A stretch of 64,000 bases of DNA. It comes from an uncultured Spirochaetota bacterium. Lineage in GTDB: Bacteria; Spirochaetota; Spirochaetia; SZUA-6; Fen-1364. The notes under the pieces were generated by a model. The model was not told where the DNA came from, did no database searches, and saw only the letters and a program-made list of their open reading frames with translations. This document shows positions 1 to 9,762 of the stretch, piece by piece. Position 1 is the stretch's first letter; the number at the start of each line of letters is the position of its first letter. The stretch spans positions 460,280 to 524,279 of the forward strand of contig CAWJSK010000019.1 of NCBI GenBank assembly GCA_963845535.1. Direction: 5' to 3'. The position numbers were made by a program, and so were the translations under genes.

Positions 1-324
1 CAGGTAGTAGAAGTAGCTCTGCCCTAATGAATGCCCAATAATGAGCCTGTGCCGGGGGAACGCCTTCTTTGAAGCCATGGACAGGAGGAAGCACAGCGAC
101 TTCCTGTAGATGAGAACCCCTTCCTTGCTTTCCAGGTCCACGGGTTCCAGCGTGCAGTTCACCGTCAGGGCGGATTCCAGGCTCACCACTTCGTTGTTGA
201 GCCGGGCGGCAACCGCGGCATGCGCGCTCCTGGGAAAGCAGGGGTCTGCGGCGGCCTCCCGTACGGGAGTGCCGGCCAGGAACTCACGCGCCTGCCCGTT
301 GGGGTAGGTCACCCGGACATTCAT
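1..324 (-). CDS. Nucleoside/uridine kinase with N-terminal ThrRS-like (TGS) region; 5' part only, runs off the window
   Basis: Not in the ORF track. Manual translation from ATG 324 (ATGA overlap with the HD-GYP stop): MNVRVTYPNGQAREF...VAARLNNEVVSL...YRKSLCFLL...LIIGHSLGQSYFYY, open to position 1. Confidence 0.75.
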   Translation of the reverse strand, partial: MNVRVTYPNGQAREFLAGTPVREAAADPCFPRSAHAAVAARLNNEVVSLESALTVNCTLEPVDLESKEGVLIYRKSLCFLLSMASKKAFPRHRLIIGHSLGQSYFYYL

Positions 325-1484
325 ATCATGTCCCTGATGAGCTTCGACTCCTCCGTGCCGAGCACCCGCGCGATTCCCAGCCCTTTTCCTTCCGTGATCT
401 GGACGAGGGGCGGGTCATCGAGCTTCATCCCTTGCGGGTCCACCACGACCCGGACAACCGGGCAGCGCGGCCGCGCCGGGTCAGTCCGCGTCACAAGACC
501 CTTGCTGTTGTTGGTGAGCAGCACCGCGGTTCCCACGGGGTACACCGACAGCGTGTACACGAAGGCCTTGAGCACCTTGTCATCGTAATGGCCGCGGTGC
601 TTCTGGAGGAGGTCTTTGATGGAGGAATGGCCGTCGAGAGGCTCCGATTTGAACGGACGGCTGGAGACCATTGCATCATACGAGCAGGCCACGGCAATGA
701 TCTTGGCGTACTCTGTGATCTTGTCTCCCGAAAGCCCGCGCGGGTAGCCGGTCCCGTCCACCCTTTCGTGATGCTCGAGAGCGGCGAGCGCGACGTTCTC
801 AGGCGCCGAGAAGCCCTTCAGGATCCTGTACCCCAGGAGCGTGTGGGTGGCGAGGACTTTCTTCTGCTCATCGTTCAAGGGGTCGGAGGATCGGCGCAGC
901 TCCACGGGAAGCTTGAACATGCCGATCTCGTGCAGGAGGCACGCGTTACCCAGCTCAATGAGGCGATGCGGAGGAGCCTTGAGGAACTCCCCGATGGCGA
1001 TGGAAAGGATGGTCGTGTTGACCGCGTGGCTGATCAGGTACCGGTCCCCTTCCGCGTTCCTGTCGACGAAGCGCAGGAGCGAATCCCGATTGTCGTGCAC
1101 CATCTGGATGGTCTTCTTGACCCACTCGGTGATTTCTCCCAGGCGCATGACACCGTCCGCCACGTAGTTGGCGAACAGCGCGGATGCGAACCCTGAGAGC
1201 TCCCGGTAGAACGTACGGGCGGCCGCCGCCTGCTTGTTTGCCGCGATGTCTTCGTCGATTGTCTGCGGCGCCACGCTTGTGGACTCCGAGCCGGAGAGGT
1301 AGCTCGGGACATCTTTCCTGGTCCCGTCAGAAAAGACTTCCGTGTACTTCCACTTCCTCAGCCTGTTGGTCAGCTCCGGCGTGACAGGGGAATCCGGCGT
1401 GAGGAGGATGAACCCCTTGTCGAGGAAAACGGGTTGATCGAAATAAATGTTGGGCGTCAACTCCGATAGTGACATGCCCCTCAT
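321..1484 (-). CDS. HD-GYP domain protein (c-di-GMP phosphodiesterase family)
   Basis: LLHEIG (HD variant), HHERVDGTGYPRGL, IAVACSYDAM; C-terminal VYPVGTAV tail. Confidence 0.9.
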   Translation of the reverse strand: MRGMSLSELTPNIYFDQPVFLDKGFILLTPDSPVTPELTNRLRKWKYTEVFSDGTRKDVPSYLSGSESTSVAPQTIDEDIAANKQAAAARTFYRELSGFASALFANYVADGVMRLGEITEWVKKTIQMVHDNRDSLLRFVDRNAEGDRYLISHAVNTTILSIAIGEFLKAPPHRLIELGNACLLHEIGMFKLPVELRRSSDPLNDEQKKVLATHTLLGYRILKGFSAPENVALAALEHHERVDGTGYPRGLSGDKITEYAKIIAVACSYDAMVSSRPFKSEPLDGHSSIKDLLQKHRGHYDDKVLKAFVYTLSVYPVGTAVLLTNNSKGLVTRTDPARPRCPVVRVVVDPQGMKLDDPPLVQITEGKGLGIARVLGTEESKLIRDMI

Positions 1485-1570
1485 GGTCTGTAGTCCCTTC
1501 TCCCCTTTACTGGGGACCCCTTTTCTCCTACTATATCGCGCCTAGTCTACTCTCAGTATAGGGGTTTTTC

Positions 1571-2386
1571 ATGAAATTGAAAGCCATCTTCGTGATACTC
1601 AATGTCGTCCTTGGGGTTGCATTCCTCGTGATCTTTCTTACGCCCGTCTTTATGCTGGGGGGGGACTGGTCCTCGCTGTTCTGGTCTCGGAACTGGCCCA
1701 TCGCGCTTGTGTTCCTCGCCGCCCTCGCGGCGGTCGACGCTTATTTCATCCTCAACTGGAGGCTCTTCGACGGGCTGGAACGGGAGGATTGGACGAGCGT
1801 GGCGGGTTTTTTGGAGAAGAGGATATACCACCACGGCTGGGTGTCCGCCATGCGCGTCCGACTGCTCCTCAACACGTACCTGGTGACCTCCAACACGGAG
1901 AGCATCCGCGCGCTGGAGACTTTTCTTCGAGGCCGAAAACCGCGCCTCATCCCCCAGTTCAGCCTTCAGTTCGGCATCCCCTATCTGCTGGCGAAAGACC
2001 CCAAGGAGCCCGAAACTTTTTTCCGCGGCCTCCTGGCAACAAAAAAGGTGTCGGACAGGGACTGGGTCAGATGGAACCACGCTTTCAGCCTGCTGCAGAT
2101 GAAATCCGCGGAGGAGGCAAAGGCCGAGCTTTCGGAGCTTTCGAAATCCGATCGGGACCCCGTGCTCCAGCTTCTCTCCCTCTACCTCCTGGACGTGGTT
2201 GCCAAGGATGATCCTGCCCTCGAAACGGAAGTGTCAGCGCTGCGTGAAAACCTTCGCGCGCGCTCGACGCGGGAGCAGATCATCAAGGCAATCGAAAAAG
2301 CCGGCAACAACATGGAGGTCATCGTGCTCTCCCGGATGCTGCACGACGCGGTGGAGTGGCTTTTCGCGGCGCCCGCCGTGACGTAA
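1571..2386 (+). CDS. Hypothetical membrane-anchored protein
   Basis: 271 aa, two N-terminal hydrophobic helices then a helical soluble domain; divergent from the HD-GYP gene. Confidence 0.7.
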   Translation: MKLKAIFVILNVVLGVAFLVIFLTPVFMLGGDWSSLFWSRNWPIALVFLAALAAVDAYFILNWRLFDGLEREDWTSVAGFLEKRIYHHGWVSAMRVRLLLNTYLVTSNTESIRALETFLRGRKPRLIPQFSLQFGIPYLLAKDPKEPETFFRGLLATKKVSDRDWVRWNHAFSLLQMKSAEEAKAELSELSKSDRDPVLQLLSLYLLDVVAKDDPALETEVSALRENLRARSTREQIIKAIEKAGNNMEVIVLSRMLHDAVEWLFAAPAVT

Positions 2387-2397
2387 GGTCGGCTCGC

Positions 2398-3435
2398 ATG
2401 CCCGTGAAGAAGAAGCGGGGACTCGCCTTCCTTGCGCTCACCGTTCTTCTTTTTGCCGCGGTCATTGCCGGCCTCTGCGTCGGAACCGTGCCCATCAAAC
2501 CGCTGTCCGTGCTCGCCATGGCCGCGCGGTCACTCGGCCTGCCCCTGTTCGCGGCGCCGGACGCCACCACGGTCACCATCGTCAGCGAGCTGCGCCTGCC
2601 GCGCGTGATAGCGGCGGTGCTCGTGGGCTGCTCCCTCGCCGTTTGCGGCGTGGTCATGCAAGGGCTGTTCAGGAACCCGATGGCAAGCCCGGAAATCCTC
2701 GGCGTTTCCGCGGGCGGCAGCCTGGGGGCCGTCATCGCCATAACGACGGGCTTCGTGGAAACGTCACAGCTTCTCATGCCGGTATTCACAATCGCGGGGG
2801 CGTTTCTTTCAACGACCCTGATCTACCTCCTTTCCAGCTCGCGGGGAACAACGTCTCTTTTTTTCATCATCATTTCCGGAATGGCCATTTCCGCGCTCTG
2901 CGGCGGGGTGACCTCGGGTCTGCTTTTGTTTGCCCGCCAATACGAGGTGAGCCAGTACGTCTTCTGGACCATGGGGGGCCTTGACGGCCGCACCTGGCAG
3001 CACGTGCTGCTCTCAGCGCCAGTCCTTGTTCCCGGAGTCATCGCGCTCTCCCTTTTCTCCCGCGAGCTGAACCTCTTCAGCCTGGGGGAGGAAGGAGCGC
3101 ATTCTCTCGGCGTATCCGTGGAGACGGTCAAGCGCATCCTGCTGGCGCTCAGCGCGGTTGTCACAGGGGTCGCAATTTCCGTGACAGGCCCAATCGGTTT
3201 CATCGGGCTCCTCGTGCCGCACCTCTTGAGGATGCTGATTGGTCCCGATCATCGGCGGCTGATCCTCGCCTCTGCGTTGGGAGGCGGGCTGTTCCTCGTC
3301 GTCTGCGACCTGATTGGCCGCTCCATTGCGCCGCCGTTCGAGATACGGGTCGGCATCATCACTGCCGTCATCGGCAGCCCGTACCTCCTGAGCCTCGTCC
3401 TGCGCGCGCAGAGGCGTGCGGTGAGTGTGCAGTGA
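2398..3435 (+). CDS. FecCD/BtuC-family ABC permease (cobalamin or iron chelate)
   Basis: LRLPR, QGLFRNPMASPEILGVSAG, GEEGAHSLGV, GPIGFIGLLVPH. Confidence 0.9.
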   Translation: MPVKKKRGLAFLALTVLLFAAVIAGLCVGTVPIKPLSVLAMAARSLGLPLFAAPDATTVTIVSELRLPRVIAAVLVGCSLAVCGVVMQGLFRNPMASPEILGVSAGGSLGAVIAITTGFVETSQLLMPVFTIAGAFLSTTLIYLLSSSRGTTSLFFIIISGMAISALCGGVTSGLLLFARQYEVSQYVFWTMGGLDGRTWQHVLLSAPVLVPGVIALSLFSRELNLFSLGEEGAHSLGVSVETVKRILLALSAVVTGVAISVTGPIGFIGLLVPHLLRMLIGPDHRRLILASALGGGLFLVVCDLIGRSIAPPFEIRVGIITAVIGSPYLLSLVLRAQRRAVSVQ

Positions 3436-3451
3436 GCGCAGTGAGCGAGCA

Positions 3452-4696
3452 GTGACGGCCCTTGTCGAGGCGGCCGGGCTTGTATGGTCCGCGGGCCCCA
3501 AGCGCATCATCGACTCGATCGACCTTTCGGTGGACCGAGGGGAGCTTGTCGGGATCATCGGACCCAACGGCTCCGGAAAAACCTCCCTTCTGCGGCTGCT
3601 GTCGGGAGCCCTTCGTCCCACAAGCGGCGAAGTGCGTCTTTGCGGGCGCCTGCTCCCGGAAATGAGCGCGCGCGAGCGTGCCCGGCTCCTTGCCTGGATG
3701 AGCCAGGAGGCCCTTTTTGCCCCGGCGTTTACGGTGATGGAAGTCCTGCTCATGGGCAGGTATCCGTACCGGGGAAGATTCGACCCGGAGTCCGCCCAGG
3801 ACAAGCAAATGGCCCTGGACGCCCTGTCAGTGGTCGGGCTGCCGGGCCTCGAAGACAGGGTCATGGGGGAGCTCTCCGGCGGTGAACGCCAGCTCGTGCT
3901 TTTTGCGAAGACTCTGGTTCAGGACACCGACATTTTTCTGCTGGACGAGCCGAGCTCGAGCCTCGACATTGGCCATCAGGACCGGATTTTCTCCATGACG
4001 CAGGAGATGGCCCGTTCCGGCCGTGCCGTGATTGTCTCCGTTCACAACCTCAGTGTGGCCGCCGAATACTGCACGCGCCTTGTTTTGCTGGACAAAGGGG
4101 CCATAGCCGCATCCGGCGCGCCTGAAGCGGTGCTGCGGCCTGAGCTGCTTGACCGTGTCTATGCGGTTCGGACGCTGATCTCAGCGAGCTCCGCCACGGG
4201 AAGCTTGACGGTGACCGTTGTGCCTGGCCGCGCCGTTTCCCGGACGATGAGAGTGCACCTCATCGGCGGGGCGGGCAGCGCGGTGAACCTGACGCGTGAG
4301 CTGTATCGCAGGGGGTTCCGTCTCTCGGGAGGAATTGCGCACGAATACGATTCTGATGAGAAGCTTTGGCGAAGCCTTGCTTTGCCCGTGGAATCCGTGG
4401 GCGCTTTCTCGCGGATAGACGATGCGGACGTGGCCCGCGCATCCCGCCTTGTCCGTGAAGCCGATGTGACAATCCTTTGCCCGTTCCCCGTTGGCACGGG
4501 CAACCTTGGCAACCTGCGGCTTGCGGGCCACGCGCGCCGGCTCATCATCATGGAGCCCGGTTCTGGAGAGGTGGAGAGGGATTTCTTCTCCCCTGAGGCG
4601 GGGGAGATTTTCGAAGAGCTTCGGGCCGGGGCCACGCTGCTCGGCTACCCGGAGATCGTTTCCCGGCTGACGGCAGAGACTGAAGCCGCGCAGTAG
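3452..4696 (+). CDS. FecE/BtuD-type ABC ATPase with a ~150-aa C-terminal extension
   Basis: Walker A GPNGSGKT, LSGGERQ, LLDEP; extra domain RVHLIGGAGS...; start uncertain (3425 or 3452). Confidence 0.85.
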   Translation: MTALVEAAGLVWSAGPKRIIDSIDLSVDRGELVGIIGPNGSGKTSLLRLLSGALRPTSGEVRLCGRLLPEMSARERARLLAWMSQEALFAPAFTVMEVLLMGRYPYRGRFDPESAQDKQMALDALSVVGLPGLEDRVMGELSGGERQLVLFAKTLVQDTDIFLLDEPSSSLDIGHQDRIFSMTQEMARSGRAVIVSVHNLSVAAEYCTRLVLLDKGAIAASGAPEAVLRPELLDRVYAVRTLISASSATGSLTVTVVPGRAVSRTMRVHLIGGAGSAVNLTRELYRRGFRLSGGIAHEYDSDEKLWRSLALPVESVGAFSRIDDADVARASRLVREADVTILCPFPVGTGNLGNLRLAGHARRLIIMEPGSGEVERDFFSPEAGEIFEELRAGATLLGYPEIVSRLTAETEAAQ

Positions 4697-4707
4697 GGCG
4701 GCTTCAG
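4680..4707. terminator. Hairpin between convergent genes
   Basis: CTGAAGCCGC-N8-GCGGCTTCAG spanning the ATPase stop; no clear U-tract. Confidence 0.35.
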
Positions 4708-4742
4708 CCGTATTCGGCGCTCTTCCCGCCCGCTCCCAACGC

Positions 4743-5354
4743 CTAAACGCCCGTGATCCCGAGGCTTGCTTTCAGGCGATTGATCTCAGCTCGCAAGGAC
4801 GACGCCACGGGCTTGTACTTCGACTCGCGATAGGCGCGCAGGTAATCATCCGTGGCCTCCAGGAGCTTTTTCTCCGCTTCGTCGAACTGACGGCAGGCAC
4901 CGGCGGCAAGCTCTTTGCGCCCCGTGGCGTTGTAGTAGACGGCGAGGCCCTTGTATGCGGCAAGGAAGTACGGGTCACAGAGGATGGCGGAGTGGAATGA
5001 GAGCTCCACCAGGCCGGCTGCCTGGACCTGACGCGCCGAGCCTTCCGCCATGTCTCCCAGGTGCTGGATGATGTCTCCGGCAAGGCCGACGAACGTGGCA
5101 GCGAACGCCGAGAGCGCCTGTGCCGGGTCCTGCCAGATCTTGGCGAGGTCGACGAAGTTGTTCTTCACGCAATCGTGGTACTCCGCGACGAATACGAGGC
5201 GGCTGATCTTCAGAACGTCGCCTTTGGCATTGTCAATGATTGCCTTCAGGACTTCAGCACGGATGAGGCTCCAATGCGCGCGGCTGGAGAGCGCCCGAAG
5301 GAGCTCGTGACTGTCCTTTATATTGAAGAGTTTTTCACTTCCGAATAATGCCAT
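4743..5354 (-). CDS. Hypothetical protein, possibly with a TPR-like C-terminus
   Basis: 203-aa ORF; AILCDPYFLAAYKGLAVYY resembles a TPR helix pair. Confidence 0.6.
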   Translation of the reverse strand: MALFGSEKLFNIKDSHELLRALSSRAHWSLIRAEVLKAIIDNAKGDVLKISRLVFVAEYHDCVKNNFVDLAKIWQDPAQALSAFAATFVGLAGDIIQHLGDMAEGSARQVQAAGLVELSFHSAILCDPYFLAAYKGLAVYYNATGRKELAAGACRQFDEAEKKLLEATDDYLRAYRESKYKPVASSLRAEINRLKASLGITGV

Positions 5355-5553
5355 TTCTGCTCCGCAACCCAATAATGCGCTTCAGGCCCAGGAAAGCGTA
5401 CGATCCCGGGTGCGTACGGGCAAACTCCACTTTATTGGAGCAACAAAGTATTTTGGATTATGTCCAAAAGCAGTGAAATAGACAAGCGGCTTCTCGGAAA
5501 GTACTTCTCGGAGAGTATCTCGCCTTTCCAGGAATCCTCAAGCTCGTGTCATT

Positions 5554-5790
5554 TCATAGAAAGGCATTTACTCCCTAGAAATATTGCATGCTGAGCAGCC
5601 TGACCATCTCCCGTGCGGATGCCTCTCCGCGATAATGCCGGGCAACCTCAATAAAACCGTGAATGAAGTTATCCGCGAGGATGTGATAGAAAGCTTTGCT
5701 CTTGTGATGAAGTTCTCAAAGCCCGGTTCCGCTGTGCTCTCTTCCTTCTCCACCATTTGGCTCACGAGGTAGTATGTAGGCTTATTAGCT
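5554..5790 (-). pseudogene. Possible C-terminal fragment of a TetR/AcrR-like regulator
   Basis: Manual translation KAFYHILADNFIHGFIEVARHYRGEASAREMVRLLSMQYF*GVNAFL*, with internal TAG (5575-5577) and a frameshift; no 5' half; lies beside the IS21 end. Confidence 0.3.
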
Positions 5791-5857
5791 CGCCTGTCGC
5801 AGCCACAGGCGAGCCCGGAGCGGGCGCTGGCCAACCGGGAACAAGCGGAGGCCAATC

Positions 5858-6149
5858 TGTCCGGGGTCACATAGAATCCCCAGCTGAGCGGGAGCTGGGG
5901 TCACGTCAATTCCCCACCCCGACGATCGCCGGTAGGGTGTCTCCAGAGGGGAGACATCAAGGATGGGCTATCGAAGGATGAAGAAGCGCGACCTATGGGA
6001 GATCTACCGCAGATGGCAGGCCGGGCAGTCGCTCTCGCACATCGCCGCCAACGAGCGGCGCGATCGTAAAACCGTCCATGGACGATCAACAATTCTACGA
6101 GGTAGTTCAGAAGCTGCTGCCCAGTCGAAACGAGCGTCCAGCTCCTTAA
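5858..6149 (+). mobile_element. IS21-family remnant: left end plus truncated istA
   Basis: Starts TGT at 5858; repeated boxes GGGGTCACATAGAATCCCCAG and GGGGTCACGTCAATTCCCCAC; HTH start MGYRRMKKRDLWEIYRRWQAGQSLSHIAANERRDRKTV; then out-of-frame MDDQQFYEVVQKLLP...; no DDE core or istB. Confidence 0.7.
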
Positions 6150-6183
6150 AGCCTGAAAAGAAAGAATTTAAATAAAATTTGCA

Positions 6184-6981
6184 ATGTTATACATTATGAC
6201 AATGGCAGCACGCTCAAAAGCAGGAGACGGCTTTACTCTAAAAATAGAGGGTCGGACAAGGAAGTTCCCGGTGCAGGAATTGCCTAAGGATTTTGTCGAG
6301 TGGAACCTGGGCCAGCGGATCGTTAATCTGAAAAAGATGCGCGCGGCATTAGAAGGCAAAGAGCACTCGGCAATGGGGGGAGGCGGAGTTGGATCTCACT
6401 TACCGGTGTATATCACCCCCAATGCAAAAGAGAGCGCGCTTTTCCCCGTAAACGCGGCAACAAAAGGGACTGGATTCGTCGTCAAAGAGGAATACTTGGA
6501 GTACTACCTCAAGAAGTTTCGAACCATCTATGAGCAAACCGTGATTAAGGGCGAGGCGTCTTCCGAAGCAATAGCCGAATCTGCCCGCGCTCGTATCGAA
6601 GCCATCCTGGAGTTTTATGAAGATACCGATAAAATAGATTTTCGCTGCATGGCCGGCTTGGAGATTTGGCCCGGAAGAACGACAGAAAACTTCCATGCCG
6701 ATCCGCGAGTCTCGATCCACTTTTTAGGGATGTCGTTGCCAGAGCGGCCCACGCGATACAATCAATGGCAGGTAAATTGCATTTGGGAAAAAATCGAACC
6801 CAACGATAGGCGATTTGAGTTTGGCGTGGCGCTGCGCCGATTAACACTAGGCAATGTGGGGGAATCGTTCGTGCCGGGACATATCCCCACCGAACATACG
6901 CCGACGCGAGGCAACTACCCCTTCGGCTGGATACTCTGGGTGATCGAGACGCTCGACAAAGGCATCGATAACCTCCCGTAA
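6184..6981 (+). CDS. Hypothetical protein, possibly pyridoxamine-5'-phosphate-oxidase-like (FMN split barrel)
   Basis: NAATKGTGF..KEEY and GLEIWPGRTTENFHADPRVSIHF resemble archaeal PNPOx-like proteins; visibly more AT-rich than neighbours; start uncertain. Confidence 0.45.
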   Translation: MLYIMTMAARSKAGDGFTLKIEGRTRKFPVQELPKDFVEWNLGQRIVNLKKMRAALEGKEHSAMGGGGVGSHLPVYITPNAKESALFPVNAATKGTGFVVKEEYLEYYLKKFRTIYEQTVIKGEASSEAIAESARARIEAILEFYEDTDKIDFRCMAGLEIWPGRTTENFHADPRVSIHFLGMSLPERPTRYNQWQVNCIWEKIEPNDRRFEFGVALRRLTLGNVGESFVPGHIPTEHTPTRGNYPFGWILWVIETLDKGIDNLP

Positions 6982-7015
6982 TGAACCTTCGGCGTCTGAT
7001 TGATATCTAGACCGT

Positions 7016-7162
7016 ACTTTCCCCCAGGATCTGGAGGAGTCGGCGATGATGGACGGCCTGTCGCACTACGGGATCTTTTTCCGCATCATCGCTCCCCTGT
7101 CCACGGCCATCGCGGTGACGCTGGCTGTCGCGTTCTTCGTCGCGAACTGGAACAGCTACCTC
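7016..7162 (+). pseudogene. Internal fragment of a carbohydrate ABC permease (MalG-type EAA loop)
   Basis: TFPQDLEESAMMDGLSHYGIFFRIIAPLS...FVANWNSYL. Confidence 0.75.
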
Positions 7163-7379
7163 TTGCTGCGCGTCAAGGGATCGAAGAGAAGGTATACCTC
7201 GAGCTCTATATCGATCAGTATGGCACCATCGCAAGGTGGTCGTGCTGAAAGATCCTGGCTACGGTTTTGCCGAAGCGGCAATCAAGGCACTCAAGGGGGT
7301 GGTAGCAAAGCCGGTGCAGGCCAACGGGTAACCCGTGGCCGTGCGCTTTCGGTACCCCATCCGCTTCAAGCTGAAATAG
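7157..7379 (+). pseudogene. tonB: C-terminal domain fragment of energy transducer TonB
   Basis: PLAARQGIEEKVYLELYIDQYGTI /frameshift ~7230/ KVVVLKDPGYGFAEAAIKALKG...NG*PVAVRFRYPIRFKLK*; internal TAA at 7329. Confidence 0.75.
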
Positions 7380-8703
7380 GACTCCCCGCGATGGCCAGCA
7401 ACTGAAGAGGGTCGCCTTTTCCTTTGACGCGCGTGGCCGGCAGCGGCTGCACGGGCAGGGATTTCCGCGCCTTCACGTCCAGATTGTCGTACACTGCCCG
7501 CGAGACAATGAGGTCCCTCCCGAAGGTCTTGCACAGGTCCTGGATCCGGGATGCCGTGTTCACGGCGTCTCCAATCACGGAGTATTCCAGAAGGTCGCCT
7601 TTTCCAATGTTTCCCGCAATCACCTCTCCGCAGTGGACACCCATGCCGATCCCGATCGGCGCAAGATTGTCTGAAAGTCGCCGGGCGTTTATTGCGCTCA
7701 ATTCCCGTCGCATCCCCAGGGCCGCTCTGACTGCATTCCCGCTGTCCACGCCGGCCGATGGGGAAGGCCGGGGCGTGCCAAAAGTAGCCAGGATGGCGTC
7801 ACCGATGAACTTGTCGATGGAGCCTCCCGTGGCAAAGATCACCCGTGACATGCGTTCCCGGAACTCCGCAAGAAATGCGACAAGCTCATCTGGGGATATC
7901 TGCTCGGAAAGCCCGGTGAAATCGCGTATGTCCATGAACAGAACGGCCACCTTCTGCCGCCGGCCACGGCGCAGGACCTCGGGGTTTGCTGTGATTTCTT
8001 CCACGACCCCCGGGGAAAAGTACCGAGAAAGCACAACTTTCTGCTGTTGCGCGTCAGCAAGGCGCCGCACCATGGACACGGCTCTGTAAATGCTATAGAT
8101 CGTGACAAGGCCAACGATAATCACGATCACGGGACGTTTCAGCAGCGCGTCCAGGAGATACAGTTTCCCGCTCATGCGCGCCTCAGGAAAGCTGGTTGTC
8201 AGGTCAGCATGGCCGGAGAGGGCAAGACCGACAAGGAAGTACTGGATGGCGAGCATGAAGCTGATGGTGAGGACAACGGGCTTGATCCTCAACTGGAGGA
8301 CCTGCAGAATCAGGGGGAAAAGAAGGATCCAGTAGTTTTCGTTTTTTAATGCGAGCACGTAGTCGGTACGGCCATCAGCCCCTGCGGACTGCATCAGGAT
8401 CATCGCGAAAATGATCGAGCAATCGAGCACGACGATAAGATAGTTGAAGGCCAGGGACCACGCCAGCTCGTGCTTGCGCAAAACGACCGTATTGACAATG
8501 GTCACGGTCCAGAACACAAGGAGCGCGATGATCGACGGCGCCGCGGTGCCGTCCTTGCGGAAAACGAACATCATCACAGTGAGGAGAAGCAGGAAGACAT
8601 AGCGGAAGCGGTTCGCCATCATCATAGCGTTCTCGCTTTCCTTCTCCAATGCGACGCGGACAACCGCCCCAGACGTCCTCTTCCCTGACCCAGCATCCTC
8701 CAT
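7366..8703 (-). CDS. Membrane-bound class III adenylate/guanylate cyclase
   Basis: About 6 TM segments, then VLFMDIRDFT, DKFIGDA, GNIG, YSVIGDAVNTASR, VKGK; Lys in DKF suggests ATP specificity. Confidence 0.92.
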   Translation of the reverse strand: MEDAGSGKRTSGAVVRVALEKESENAMMMANRFRYVFLLLLTVMMFVFRKDGTAAPSIIALLVFWTVTIVNTVVLRKHELAWSLAFNYLIVVLDCSIIFAMILMQSAGADGRTDYVLALKNENYWILLFPLILQVLQLRIKPVVLTISFMLAIQYFLVGLALSGHADLTTSFPEARMSGKLYLLDALLKRPVIVIIVGLVTIYSIYRAVSMVRRLADAQQQKVVLSRYFSPGVVEEITANPEVLRRGRRQKVAVLFMDIRDFTGLSEQISPDELVAFLAEFRERMSRVIFATGGSIDKFIGDAILATFGTPRPSPSAGVDSGNAVRAALGMRRELSAINARRLSDNLAPIGIGMGVHCGEVIAGNIGKGDLLEYSVIGDAVNTASRIQDLCKTFGRDLIVSRAVYDNLDVKARKSLPVQPLPATRVKGKGDPLQLLAIAGSPISA

Positions 8704-8728
8704 TTTTTCCTCTGACCTGATGCTCTGC

Positions 8729-9403
8729 TCACGCCCCACGGGTCGCCTTGAAGTACAGCAGCGTGCCGTTTTTGAGCTCCTGCGCCGAGAAAGAGAACCC
8801 ATGAGACTTGAAAGCCTCTGAAAGCTGCTTTTCAGAACGCAGCTCGCCACGGAAGCTTGTGCCGCGACGGTTGCGCTCCGGCACCGGAATGCTGCAGATG
8901 AAGCTGCCGCCTGGCTTCAAGACGCGCCTGAGCTCCCCAAGAACTTTTTCGAGGGAGGTAAAGAAATTTAACGACAAGTTGCAAACCGCAACGTCGAAGC
9001 TATCCGAGGCAAAAGGCAGATCCTCGGCCGCACAGGCGTACAGCTCGAAGGATGCGATGCGCGCTTTTTCAAATTTCCTCTTCGCCAGCCTGAGAAGCCC
9101 CTCACTCACGTCGATCCCGAAATAGCGATTGTCGGGAGGCAACACTTCGGCGAGATTCCCGCTGCCGGTCGCAAGCTCAAGCACATCGGTCCGATGGAAT
9201 CCGCAGAGCTGCGATCGCAGGAACTCCAGGTGCTTTTCGTATGAAGCTTCGAACTTCTTGGGGAACATCGATCCGGTCATGATGGGGTCATAGAGAAACG
9301 CTATCAGATCGCCCATCCATGGCTTCGGACTCTTCTCGTCCCCCGAACGGTGGACGCGGCCGATACCACCTCTATGTTCGATGCTAACTCCCTCTTTCAG
9401 CAT
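8729..9403 (-). CDS. Class I SAM-dependent methyltransferase
   Basis: VLELATGSG, GIDVS, AEDLPF..DSFD, RVLKPGG; RBS AAAGGAG before ATG 9403. Confidence 0.85.
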   Translation of the reverse strand: MLKEGVSIEHRGGIGRVHRSGDEKSPKPWMGDLIAFLYDPIMTGSMFPKKFEASYEKHLEFLRSQLCGFHRTDVLELATGSGNLAEVLPPDNRYFGIDVSEGLLRLAKRKFEKARIASFELYACAAEDLPFASDSFDVAVCNLSLNFFTSLEKVLGELRRVLKPGGSFICSIPVPERNRRGTSFRGELRSEKQLSEAFKSHGFSFSAQELKNGTLLYFKATRGA

Positions 9404-9499
9404 GTTTTCTCCTTTCGTTTCTCCGCCTTCAAAGCACATGACGTACGAGGTTGTTTCTTATTGCATCGAGTGCGTTTTGCGACGGTAATCAATTGTTGA

Positions 9500-9716
<217 letters not shown>

Positions 9717-9762
9717 AGGACGCGCTCTTCAAGGCTTCGGCTTGAAGTACGAGAGATCCGTG

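Noticed and set aside
5416..5472. GGGCAAA followed by two hairpins, reminiscent of a c-di-GMP-I riboswitch
   Set aside because: No GNRA loop or GACGCAAA junction, and no intact gene directly downstream on that strand; would need an Infernal search
5811..5830. Weak resemblance to the tRNA-Leu 3' end as an att site
   Set aside because: Too short and mismatched for GC-rich sequence
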